Below, one piece after another: positions 8,506-18,395 of a stretch of 64,000 bases of DNA. A model generated the notes under the pieces. That model had not been told where the DNA came from and searched no databases. It was given only the letters and a program-made list of their open reading frames with translations. Each line of letters begins with the position of its first letter. Position 1 is the first letter of the stretch. This DNA comes from Candidatus Marinacidobacterales bacterium (lineage in GTDB: Bacteria; Acidobacteriota; Vicinamibacteria; Marinacidobacterales; DATDRI01), in contig CBDCNP010000002.1 of the NCBI GenBank assembly GCA_965219415.1, positions 3,104,001 through 3,168,000 on the forward strand, in the 5' to 3' direction. The translations under genes and the position numbers were made by a program.

Positions 8506-9348
8506 ATGATCCACCAGCGCAACCTTTCGCTACTCTCGAACCGTCTCGCGAGGAAAGGTGGACACCGGATTCCCGAACGAGTTCTTGAGCGGGACTATTG
8601 CCTAGCGTGGTTCCTTGTCTCCCTCTCAAAAACACCCCTCCGTAAGTTCCTGGCATTCAAGGGAGGAACGGCCCTGAAGCGCTGCTATTTCGGCGACTAC
8701 AGGTTCTCCGAGGACCTCGATTTTACGCTGCAATCCGAAACGACTTGGGAAGAGATCCGTCGAAATCTTGATCAGGTTCTCGATGAAGTCCGACGCGCCT
8801 CGGCGATCGTCTTCGAGTTCCTAGAGAGGGACGGAAGGAGTCACGAGAATAGCCACACGTTCTACCTTGGCTACGAAGGACCGCTCCCGGCAAGCTCTGG
8901 AAGAAGGGTGAAAGTAGACATCACAATCAAAGAAAGGGGCGTTTTCTCATTAGAAGATCGACCGGTCTTACGAGGATACGATGAATACGAAGACTTGCCG
9001 GACGATAGCCCGATCTTAGTCTACTCCCTCAAGGAAATTGCGACGGAGAAAGTAGTCGCCCTCATAGATCCGGCGCGGAACGAACCTCGCGACTTGTACG
9101 ACATATGGTTTCTGGAAAGCAGCGGCTCCGTCAGAGTCGATGATCTCTTGAGCGCCGTCGAGGAGAAGTTGGACTTTCGCGGGAAGACTCTCACCGACGT
9201 GAAAAGCGTATTCCACACCAAGGAGAGCCGGTACAAGCGGCTCTGGGAAGGACGCCTCTCCGCACAGATGAGGGAGATCCCGGAGTTCGAGAAGGTCTAT
9301 CGCGAGGTGCAACGAGCATTCAGACAGGCGGGCCTATTGGAGAAATAG
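8506..9348 (+). CDS. abiEii: Type IV TA toxin, AbiEii-family nucleotidyltransferase
   Basis: Motifs ERDY, FKGGTALKRCYFGDYRFSEDLDF, EK..AL and PRDLYD. Confidence 0.9.
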   Translation: MIHQRNLSLLSNRLARKGGHRIPERVLERDYCLAWFLVSLSKTPLRKFLAFKGGTALKRCYFGDYRFSEDLDFTLQSETTWEEIRRNLDQVLDEVRRASAIVFEFLERDGRSHENSHTFYLGYEGPLPASSGRRVKVDITIKERGVFSLEDRPVLRGYDEYEDLPDDSPILVYSLKEIATEKVVALIDPARNEPRDLYDIWFLESSGSVRVDDLLSAVEEKLDFRGKTLTDVKSVFHTKESRYKRLWEGRLSAQMREIPEFEKVYREVQRAFRQAGLLEK

Positions 9349-9465
9349 TAGAGGTCATTTTGCGAGAATTCCAAAGAATACACGATTTGATCTGTATCAC
9401 AGTCACTTCCACCCCTTCCGTGGTAGAACTCAACTGCGGGCTTCTCGAGTCCGCAGGGGGTTCCA

Positions 9466-9852
9466 ATGATGAGAATCGATCACGCCTCGGTCCTCTTCCA
9501 GAACTGGACGTCCTCGAAGGGTTTGAGTGAGGTCCAGGAAACCTTTTCGTCGATCGACGAGCTGTTCGACCTTTGTGTTGTTAAGAAGATGTCCCCGGAA
9601 CGGGTCTTCCTGTCGGGTAAGGATGATACGGGTCGCGAACACTTTCTTACGCTACTCTACGGCGCGATGCGCGTTGCACCGGACGATTCGGTCGAACAGG
9701 AAGAGCCCAGCGTCTCGGGTGTGCCGCGGGAACAGAATTCTTCCGCTCCATCGCCCGCTCCCAAGCAACGGTCGTTGACTCAACTAGAGCTAGAGCGGGG
9801 CGGTACTCGATGCCATGAGCAACAGGCGTACACCGGCGAGTCCAACGGATGA
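9466..9852 (+). CDS. Hypothetical protein
   Basis: 128-aa ORF preceded by GGGGG at SD spacing; no recognisable motif. Confidence 0.35.
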   Translation: MMRIDHASVLFQNWTSSKGLSEVQETFSSIDELFDLCVVKKMSPERVFLSGKDDTGREHFLTLLYGAMRVAPDDSVEQEEPSVSGVPREQNSSAPSPAPKQRSLTQLELERGGTRCHEQQAYTGESNG

Positions 9853-10139
9853 AGATCCAAGCTACTTGGGGGACATTCGGGAGCTCTGCCACGAACGGGC
9901 TTGGGATGCGACGGTGAAGCTATCGGATTTGGCCCAATCGCTCAGCAGCTTGGCAGACGGGATCGCCTGGGCACAAAAGGTCCTCGAGTTCCGCGGGAAG
10001 CGGGAGGCCGACGGATCGGAGCCGGCGGAGTTGGCCGCTATTGCTCGAGGACGGGGTTGGGAGACTAGGCCATATGCGGGGGATGCTGGCCGTTTTCGAC
10101 CGGGAGCTCATCACTTTCGCAGGTCGTCTCGCGAAGTAG

Positions 10140-11359
10140 CTATTTCTGTCGGTCCCGCACAATGCCTGCCAGCTCGAGCAGGATTTCTACTGTCGGCGGG
10201 CCCAGCGACGGCCCCACGTTGCTGTTGAATTGGATCGCCACCGCGAATCTGTGATCGGGGAAGTACATCATTTCCGACCGGTAGCCGGGAAAGAATCCTC
10301 CATGTCCGTAGGCGGGGCCGAGCGGAGTCTGCCAAATGAAGACACCGAGGCCGTACTTCAACCCGTCGTCTGCTTCGACACCGTCGAGCATCTCGGGGCA
10401 AGAGCGAGTCGGGGAAGACGTGACCTTCGTAAACGAGCTTTGCCCAGCGCGCGAGGGCCACCGCGGTCGTGGCTAGACCACCTCCGGTCCATTCGAACTG
10501 AGGATTGATGACGAACTCGCCGTCCACGAGCGCTTCGGTCGCCGCGCCCGCCGGGCTGGTCGGGGCCGCCGCCGCCGTTTCTTCTCCATAGCCACGCAGC
10601 GCCGCTTCCATCGACTTTCCGGGGTATCCCTGCGACAGCCGCTCGATGCGTCGCGAGTCCGAGGGGACGATGCCGTCGAGATCGAACGGCTCCAGCACGC
10701 GGCGGCCGAGCTCGGTGTAGTATGAAGAACCGGTAGCCCGTTCGATGACCATACCCAAAAGGATGTAGTTCGTATCGGTTGTAGTAGTAGTTGGTTCCGG
10801 CGGCAGACAGTGCGTTGGAGCCGACCTCGTACTGCACGAGCTCTTCCGGCCGCCAGACGCGCTCCGGATCCCGGAAGAGATCTCGTATGAACTCAGGATG
10901 CACGACGTAGTCGGGGATGCCGGTCGTGTGATTCATGAGCATCCGGACGGTGAGCTCGTCTGCGTTGGGTAGTCCAGCGTACCAAGTCTCGTCCCCGAGC
11001 CACTTCCCGACGGGATCGTCCAGGCCGAGGCGTCCTTCTCCGACAAAGCCTAGTGCCAGGGCGGACACGAAAGTCTTTCCTATGCTCCCGGCGAGCAGCC
11101 GATCGTCGGGCCGCATCGCGGAGCCCCGACTCTGGTCCGATAAGCCGGCCGCCAATCCGTAGGAGCTGCCGTCGGCAAGGGCAACACCGAAGGTAGCCCC
11201 TGGAAAGGAACCGGAGCCATGAAGCTCTTCGAGCTTGGCTTGGAGCGCTTCCCGAAGCCGGTCTGCGTCCGCCTCGGGGCGGCACGATGTTCCGATAACT
11301 ATGAGCGAGATCCCAAGGACGCAAGATCTAAAGACTCGAGTCTTGAGTGTCAGTAACAT
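10140..11359 (-). pseudogene. Serine hydrolase (beta-lactamase/D-aminopeptidase-like) lipoprotein, frameshifted
   Basis: SxxK (GSIGK), LMNHTTG, a YxN-like region and YGHGGFFPGY are spread over three frames, with frameshifts near 10780 and 10395. RBS AGGAG precedes ATG 11359. Confidence 0.75.
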
Positions 11360-11405
11360 TCTCCTCGTCATCATTCTGGTATTCTACATCGTAAGGAGCT
11401 CCCCT

Positions 11406-11894
11406 ATGACGACGGAATGCATGACACTGGACAACTGCCACGAGCACGTTGGCCGGCCCTTTCATTCCAAATGGATCGAGGTGACGCAGGAGCGCATCAA
11501 TGCCTTCGGCATTGCGATCGATGACCCGGATCCGCACCATATCGACCCCGAATGGGCGGCAGAGCATAGCCCATGGGGCAAGACCATCGCCTTTGGTTAC
11601 CTGACCGCATCCCTGACGACGCCCATGCTGTACGACGTGTTCCGCTATCAGATGGACGGCGATCCAATCACTTATGGCTACCCGGCCAGCTATGGTTTCA
11701 ATCGTATGCGGTTGATGGCGCCGGTGCTGGTGGACTCGCGCATTCGCGGCAAGTTCACGCTCAAGGATATTTGCGACAGAGGCGAAGGCAAGACGGTCTA
11801 TACCTTCGATATCGAAGTTCAGATCGAGGGCCAGGATAAACCCGCCATGGTTGCCGAATACCTGCTGATGTGGCTGAAGGAGAGCGGCACCTAA
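11406..11894 (+). CDS. MaoC-family (hotdog-fold) dehydratase
   Basis: Motifs W..VTQERINAF...DDPDPHHIDP.WA..SPWGKTIAFG and YGFNRMR..APV. RBS AAGGAG. Confidence 0.88.
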   Translation: MTTECMTLDNCHEHVGRPFHSKWIEVTQERINAFGIAIDDPDPHHIDPEWAAEHSPWGKTIAFGYLTASLTTPMLYDVFRYQMDGDPITYGYPASYGFNRMRLMAPVLVDSRIRGKFTLKDICDRGEGKTVYTFDIEVQIEGQDKPAMVAEYLLMWLKESGT

Positions 11895-11900
11895 GCAGCC

Positions 11901-13436
11901 ATGAGGACTCCGGAGTTACCCCTGATTAGCGATTACCCGGCGCACTATGCCGCCGAGCGCCCGGATGCCGATGCGCTGGTGATGGGGGAGACGAAGGGCG
12001 AGACGCTCAATTGGCAGCAATTCAAGGATGGGATCGATCGCTGCACCCGAGCGCTCGCGGCCTGCGGCGTGGAGCGTGGCGACCGCGTGGCCATGCTGTC
12101 GGCACCACGCCCGGAGTACCTCATCGTGTATATGGCCACCGCACGTATCGGCGCTATCTGGCAAGGGCTCAACCCGCGCCAGACCTATGCCGAACTGGCC
12201 TACTTGGTGGGAGACTCCCAGCCGAAGGTGCTGCTGGGTGTCGAAGTCTTCGAAGATCGTGACTTCACGGATGATCTCCGTCGCCTCCACCGGGAGACCG
12301 ACGGAATCCGCTCACTCCATTTTATTGGCGAGCACGGCCTGGACGACGTCCTCGCTCTCGGTGCCGAGATCGACGAGGCGGAGCTAGCCCAAGTCCGGGC
12401 GAAAGTTCGCCCGGAGGATCCCTGCCTGGTGGTGTATACCTCCGGCAGCACGGGACGCCCCAAGGGCGCGTTGCTCACTCACCGCAACATCGTCACCACA
12501 ACGCGCATCCAGTGTGAGCATTGGTGGGCCGAGCCTTTCCGCATTCTCAACAACATGCCCATTAGCCACATCGGCGGCGCGGTGCAGTTGTCCTGTCATG
12601 CCATCGTCGCGGGGGGTGCGAGCGTGCTGACCGCCCGTTTCCAGCCCGGCCAGATGGTACTCGCCGCACGCGAGCACAACATCACGGTCATCCACCAAGT
12701 GCCGATGATGTACCAGCGGATCCTGGACACCGCCGAGTTCCGGCAATACGGTCTTCCTAGCATTCAAGTTCTAATCTGGAGCGGGTCACCGTCGCCGATC
12801 GAATGGATCGGTCGCCTACGCGAAATCACACCGAATCTCTTCACGAGTTACGGCGGTACCGAGCTCGGCGGCGAGGCGCTCTATATGCCCGCGGGCGCGG
12901 ATGATGAGGCGCTTTCGCGCTTCGTCGGCCTGCCGCCGGCGGGCTTTGAGCTGCGGCTAGACCGAGAGACCAAAGAGATCCAAGCCCGTTCTCCCGCCAT
13001 CATGCAAGGCTACATGAAGAACCCCGAGGCGATCGCCGAGACCTTTACCGAAGACGGTTGGTTGAAAACCGGCGATTGCGCGGAGATCGACCCCGACACA
13101 GGCTATTGGCGCATCGTCGGGCGCATCAAAGACATATACAAATCGGGCGGCTACAACATCTACCCGCGGGAGATCGAACGTGTGCTGGAAGAACACCCGG
13201 CGGTGGCGGTGGCAGCGGTGTTCGGCGTGCCCGACCCGCTCTACACCGAAAAGGGTGTCGCCTATATTTTGCTAGAAGCCGGCGCGAGCCTGAGCGAAGA
13301 GGAGATCCAGGCCCACTGCCGAGAGCAGCTTGCCAACTACAAAGTGCCCAAGCACTTTTTCATTCGCGACGAGCTGCCCATGCTGCCCATCGGCAAAATT
13401 GACAAGACCGCGTTGAAAAATTTGGAAATTGTGTAA
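11901..13436 (+). CDS. Acyl-CoA synthetase (class I adenylate-forming)
   Basis: Motifs YTSGSTGRPKG, YGGTE, GWLKTGD, GRIKD..KSGG.NIYP.EIE and GKIDK. Confidence 0.92.
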   Translation: MRTPELPLISDYPAHYAAERPDADALVMGETKGETLNWQQFKDGIDRCTRALAACGVERGDRVAMLSAPRPEYLIVYMATARIGAIWQGLNPRQTYAELAYLVGDSQPKVLLGVEVFEDRDFTDDLRRLHRETDGIRSLHFIGEHGLDDVLALGAEIDEAELAQVRAKVRPEDPCLVVYTSGSTGRPKGALLTHRNIVTTTRIQCEHWWAEPFRILNNMPISHIGGAVQLSCHAIVAGGASVLTARFQPGQMVLAAREHNITVIHQVPMMYQRILDTAEFRQYGLPSIQVLIWSGSPSPIEWIGRLREITPNLFTSYGGTELGGEALYMPAGADDEALSRFVGLPPAGFELRLDRETKEIQARSPAIMQGYMKNPEAIAETFTEDGWLKTGDCAEIDPDTGYWRIVGRIKDIYKSGGYNIYPREIERVLEEHPAVAVAAVFGVPDPLYTEKGVAYILLEAGASLSEEEIQAHCREQLANYKVPKHFFIRDELPMLPIGKIDKTALKNLEIV

Positions 13437-13442
13437 TCCTGT

Positions 13443-15080
13443 CTAGTCTCTCGCCTTTTTTCTTTCTGATTCCTGCTCACGCAATTCTACGCGGCGGATC
13501 TTGCCGGTTTGGGTGCGGGGAAGCTCCGTTACGAACTCGACTTCGCGAGGGTACTTGTACGGGGCGAGCTGTTCGCGCACATGGTTCTGGAGCTCCTCGC
13601 TGAGCTCGGCCGCGGCGTCGAAGCCCTTGTTCAGGACAATGAAGGCCTTCACGATGTGCCCGCGAAGCTCATCCGGCGATGCGACCACCGCGGTTTCCGC
13701 GACCGCCGCGTGCTCCATCAAAACGTTCTCCACCTCCGGGCCGGCAACGTTGTAGCCGGAAGTGATAATCAGATCGTCGCCGCGGCATTGGTATTGGAAG
13801 TAACCGTCTGAGTCGCGTCGATAGATGTCCCCGGGCAGGTTCCAGCCTTCGCGGACGTACCCCTTCTGGCGCTCCGGCTTGCCCCAGTACTTACAGCCGG
13901 TGGGTCCGGAAACCGCGAGCATCCCGGCTTCTCCGTCGGGAAGATCCCGCATTTCCTCGTCCACCACTCTTGCCTGATAACCCGGAACGACTTCGCCCGT
14001 CGATCCCGCCCGTGCTCGACCCGGCCTAGAGGAAATGAAGATGTGAAACAACTCGGTGCTCCCGATTCCGTCCAAGAGCTCCATTTCGAACATTTCTTTC
14101 CATTGCTCGAAGGTAACCGCGGGCAGAGTCTCCCCGGCGCTCACCGGGGCGCGAAGGCTAGAGAGGTCGAATCGTTTCTTTGCGTCCTCGACCTGCATCA
14201 TGAGTTTGTACGAAGTGGGTGCACAAAACGCGGCGGTCGCGCGGTAACGGGTGATGGTTTCTAACATCGTCTCGGGCGTGAAGCGCTCGATGAGACATGT
14301 TGCGGCCCCGAACCGGAGCGGATAGACCAACAACCCTCCGAGTCCGAAGGTGAAAGCGAGAGGCGGGTGGCCGGTGAAGATGTCCCCCGGTTCTGGGGCG
14401 AGTACTTCCCGGCCATAAGTGTCCGCGGAAGCGAGCACGTCGCTCGGGAAGTGTACGCAGCCTTTGGGAACACCGGTGCTACCCGATGTGTAGGCGATGA
14501 GCGCCGGCTCGTCCCGACCGATCTCCACCGAGCGCACGGGTTCGAACGCGGCGAGCTCTTCCAAGGCCGGTGAGCCTGATGAGCCCGACGCGCTGTCCCC
14601 CGATACAACAATTTTCTCGACGGTGTCGAGCTGTGATCGCGCTTTCTCCATCTCTTCACGAAGGTCCGAAGAGACCAGGGCGACTTTTACTCGAGAGTCG
14701 TTTGAAACGTATTCCAACTCCCTTGCGCGAAGCAATGGCATGGTCGCCAGCACGACCGCGCCCAGCTTCTGAAGGGCGAACCAAGCGACGACTAACTCGG
14801 GGCGATTGGGGAAGCGAAGGAGAACTCGATCGGTCGGCTCGACGCCTATGCTACGAAGCCCCCCCGCGAGCCGACTGGCTCTCTCGTCGAGCTCCCGGTA
14901 GCTGATGATCTCGTCCCGGTAGTAGATCGCCGGCGTCTCGGCGAGCCCGGAATCCATCGCACGGCGCAGAAGTTCGTCGGCGAGGTTGAGTCGTGACGGA
15001 ATTTCCACCTCGACCCCGTGCGCTCGGCGTGGCGGTATGAGATCCGCCGCGGGAAGATAAGCGGTGAAGTCGAAGGCCAA
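13443..15080 (-). CDS. Benzoate/2-aminobenzoate-CoA ligase family protein
   Basis: Motifs YTSGSTGVPKGCVH, PPLAFTFGLGG, SAGETLP, DGIGSTELFHIFIS, GWNLPGD and PYKYPR. Confidence 0.85.
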   Translation of the reverse strand: MAFDFTAYLPAADLIPPRRAHGVEVEIPSRLNLADELLRRAMDSGLAETPAIYYRDEIISYRELDERASRLAGGLRSIGVEPTDRVLLRFPNRPELVVAWFALQKLGAVVLATMPLLRARELEYVSNDSRVKVALVSSDLREEMEKARSQLDTVEKIVVSGDSASGSSGSPALEELAAFEPVRSVEIGRDEPALIAYTSGSTGVPKGCVHFPSDVLASADTYGREVLAPEPGDIFTGHPPLAFTFGLGGLLVYPLRFGAATCLIERFTPETMLETITRYRATAAFCAPTSYKLMMQVEDAKKRFDLSSLRAPVSAGETLPAVTFEQWKEMFEMELLDGIGSTELFHIFISSRPGRARAGSTGEVVPGYQARVVDEEMRDLPDGEAGMLAVSGPTGCKYWGKPERQKGYVREGWNLPGDIYRRDSDGYFQYQCRGDDLIITSGYNVAGPEVENVLMEHAAVAETAVVASPDELRGHIVKAFIVLNKGFDAAAELSEELQNHVREQLAPYKYPREVEFVTELPRTQTGKIRRVELREQESERKKARD

Positions 15081-15083
15081 AGG

Positions 15084-15611
15084 TTAGGTGGCCCCCCCGT
15101 TGTCAGAAGCCGAGTCTGGTTCGGTCGGCTGTGGCTGCGGTTGTGGTTGAACCGGCGCACCGCCTGCGATCTGGGGCCCCAGGAACGTTTCCAAGATTGC
15201 GAGCACCTGAGGATCGTCTCCGAGATAGAGAACGATGATCCTGCCTTCGCGAAAGAAATGCGGGGTGGCTGGAAAATCGATGGGCTCGCCGTTGATCGTT
15301 CCACCATCTTCGGAGATGGCGGCCGCTACCGCGACTGTGGTGCCGGGTCCGATGAGCTCGAAGACGAGGACGTCCGCGCCTTGGATATTGAAGTGCAGAG
15401 CGGGGACGGGGAGAAAACCAAAAATTTCCTCGAAGCCCAGCTCGACGGCGACGCCGTTGGAGAACAGGACCTCGGCGAAGTCCGCTAAGTCGAAGACCTG
15501 GTCGCCAGGTGACATAACTCGACCCGGGTTGCTAGTATCGCAAGCCGCTAAAGCCAGGTTCAAGATCAGGAGGAAACCAAGCGGGATGAGGACCTTTTTC
15601 ATTGCAGTCAC
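15084..15611 (-). CDS. Hypothetical lipoprotein
   Basis: Signal MKKVLIPLGFLLILNLALAAC with a lipobox Cys, followed by a globular region and a PQ-rich tail. Confidence 0.6.
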   Translation of the reverse strand: MTAMKKVLIPLGFLLILNLALAACDTSNPGRVMSPGDQVFDLADFAEVLFSNGVAVELGFEEIFGFLPVPALHFNIQGADVLVFELIGPGTTVAVAAAISEDGGTINGEPIDFPATPHFFREGRIIVLYLGDDPQVLAILETFLGPQIAGGAPVQPQPQPQPTEPDSASDNGGAT

Positions 15612-15730
15612 CTCGGCACCTATCTTACCCCAACGCTGGGGTGTGCGCCCATGGGGCGTTCATGGTTGGGGGGGCGGGCAACCGCTATGGTACCATGCGG
15701 CCAATCGCTCCCAAACCTGGAGGTGCACCC

Positions 15731-17609
15731 ATGTCCCGTGGAGTGAAGGCCGGTCTTATCTCTTTGTGTCTCTTGGTTTTCGTGGTCCCAACCGCCGGCG
15801 AGGACCTCGCCACGATGGTGACCCGTATGGCCAGGATCGGGTCTTCCTGGTCCCCGAGCTTCTCGCCGGACGGAAGCCGCTTGGCCTTCGTATCCGACCT
15901 GACAGGAGTGCCTCAGGTTTGGACCATCCCTGCCCGGGGCGGCTTTCCGGAGCAGGTGACTTCCTTGGACGATCCGGTCGGAAGCGTTTCGTGGTCCCCG
16001 GAAGGTTCCTGGCTGAGTTTCTCCTTGGCTCCCGGTGGGGGCATGAACGCTCAGGTGTATCTCGTTCGACCAGACGGAACCGGGCTCCGGAGGCTGACCG
16101 ATGGCGGAAGGGAAACCAATTGGCTGGGGGTATGGGCAGATGACGACACCGCGCTCACCCTAGGCTCCAACCGAAGGAGTGGTGAGGCCATCGATGCTTA
16201 TCTCGCCGACATCGCCAGCGGAGCGCTTCGGTTGGTAAGCAAGAACAAGGGGGTCGGCCAGATCACTTCGGTGAGTGAGTCTGGACGCCACGCCGTGCTT
16301 TCGCGATTGGTGAGCCGGGGTGACAACAATCTCTACCTGATTCATTTGCAGGGCGGTCGAGAAGTGCTCTTGACTCCTCATGATCCGCCCGGAACTTTCA
16401 GCGGCAAAATTACCGCAGACGGTCAAACCGTGTACCTTCTTTCGAACAAAGGGCGCGACCTCGCGGCCTTCGCCCGGATACGACTCGGTGACAACGACCG
16501 CCCGGGCCCCATCGAAGTGTTGACGGCACGGAAGGACGCCGAGCTCCAGGACTTCGCTCTCAGCAAAGATGGAAAGGTTGCCGCCTTGTTCTGGAACGTT
16601 GCGGGAAGAAGCGAGTTGTCTTTCTTCGACCTCCGCAAACGGAAATCGAAATCGGGACCGAAGCTGCCCGCTGAGATTGTCAGCAGTTTCGCCTTCTCCC
16701 GAAACCGGGCGCATTTGGCGATGACGATCTCCGGCGCTACGTTGCCGAACGACGTTTGGGTGTATGACCGCAAGGGCGACCGCCTCACCCAAGTGACCCG
16801 CAGCCCTCATCCCGGGGTGGATCTTTCCACGCTAGTGAGCCCCGAGCTGGTCAGTTTCCAGGCACACGATGGCCTGGAGCTGTCGGGGTGGCTCTACCGA
16901 CCCCGGCATGCCAAAGGGGCAGGCGGGGCAGGCCCGATGGTTCTGAGCTTCCACGGTGGCCCGGAGGGACAGGAACGACCGCGGTTCCGCAGTACATACC
17001 AAGCGATTCTGTCACAAGGGATTTCGGTTTTCGCACCGAATGTGCGCGGTTCAGCCGGCTTTGGGAAGCGATTCGTGAACTTGGACAATGGCGCGTTGCG
17101 CTTCAATGGGATTCGAGACATCAAAGCCTGTGTCGACTACGTGATCGATTCCGGCGTGGCCGATCCCGAGCGAATCGGCATCATGGGTGGATCCTATGGC
17201 GGTTATATGACGATGGCTGGACTCGTCGAGTACCCGGAGCTCTTTTCGGCGGGCGCCAACCTATTTGGCGTCGTCAACTTCGAGACCTTTTTCAAACATA
17301 CCGAGCCTTGGATGGCGGCTATCTCCACAATAGAGTATGGCGACCCCCAGACCGAGGCAGACTTGCTTCACCGTCTCTCTCCGATTCACAAGATCGACAA
17401 CGTCGTGGCCCCCACCGTCGTGCTTCATGGTGCCAACGACACGAATGTTCCCGTGGTAGAGGCGGGAGCAGGTCGTTGGCTCGCTGAAGCAGCGGGGCAT
17501 CGCGGTGGAGTACGTCCTCTTTGCCGACGAGGGCCATGGATTTCGGAAAGAGCCGAATCGAATCCGCTCGGCGGTGGAGATCGTTCGCTGGTTCGTGGAG
17601 CACCTTTAA
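15731..17609 (+). CDS. S9 (prolyl oligopeptidase/acylaminoacyl peptidase) family peptidase, frameshift near 17465
   Basis: Signal peptide, PD40-type propeller, HGGPE, GGSYGG and HGAND. DEGHG appears in the shifted frame, which ends WFVEHL-TAA. Confidence 0.85.
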
Positions 17610-17711
17610 GATGGTTTCTTCATCCTTTAATCCCTCGTTCTGGGCGTCAAACTACGCCATGCCGGTATCAATGGAGTCAGACGCCGGGAGAGGGCCGGGG
17701 GGTGAGGGGTT

Positions 17712-18395
17712 CTATCCCTTCACTTTGGCCACGACGAGCGTGACGTCGTCGGCAAGGGGGGCACCGCGAGTGAAGTCACTCAATCCTGAGAGCACTCCCT
17801 CTTTGATGGCGTCCGCGCCTAGGTGCGAGGACCGCGTGACGATCTCCTCCAAGCGCCGGTAGCCGAAGACCTCATCCGATCGATTCATCGCCTCAGTAAT
17901 ACCATCGGTGTAAAAAAGGATGACGTCTCCCCCCTCCAGAGGGACCGTCTTCTCTTCCATTAACCGACTTGTACCATCCCGATGCCGAGTCCGTTTGGAT
18001 TCAACCATGTGGTCTCCCCGGTCGCGGCGTGAAAGTAGAGTGGCAAGTTGTGACCGGCTCGCGCGATGGAGAGTTGCTTTTTCTCGAAGTCCAGAACCCC
18101 GACCAGAGCGGTGATGAAATAGTTGTTTCGCATTCGTTGGGAGAATACGCTGTTCATCTCGACGAGCATTTCCTTGGGACCGGCGTCGGTCTTGCCGAGG
18201 AGCTCGAAGAAGCCCCTGCAGCTTCATGGCGTAAAGCGCCGCGGGCATGCCTTTGCCAGAGACGTCACCGAGGATCAATGTTAGGCGGTCGTCACCGTTC
18301 TGGAAGAAATCGTAATAGTCGCCGCCCACATCTCGGGCGGGCTGAAAATGGCTGGCGATCGCGAGTTGGTCGATACGTGGGCGCTGGTCGGGTTG
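17712..18395 (-). pseudogene. PP2C/SpoIIE-type phosphatase domain (fragment, frameshifted)
   Basis: Motifs PARDVGGDYYDF, GDVSGKGMPAAL, RAGHN, YTDGITEA and DDVTLVV. Joined abruptly to the kinase membrane region near 18395. Confidence 0.75.

Noticed and set aside
9815-10135. ORF 9815-10228 as a gene
   Set aside because: It has no recognisable motif and overlaps both neighbours. It may be a remnant but is unsupported.
17684-17710. GGGAGAGGGCCGGGGGGTGAGGG REP-like motif between convergent genes
   Set aside because: Only a single half-copy was seen, so a repeat family cannot be supported from this window.
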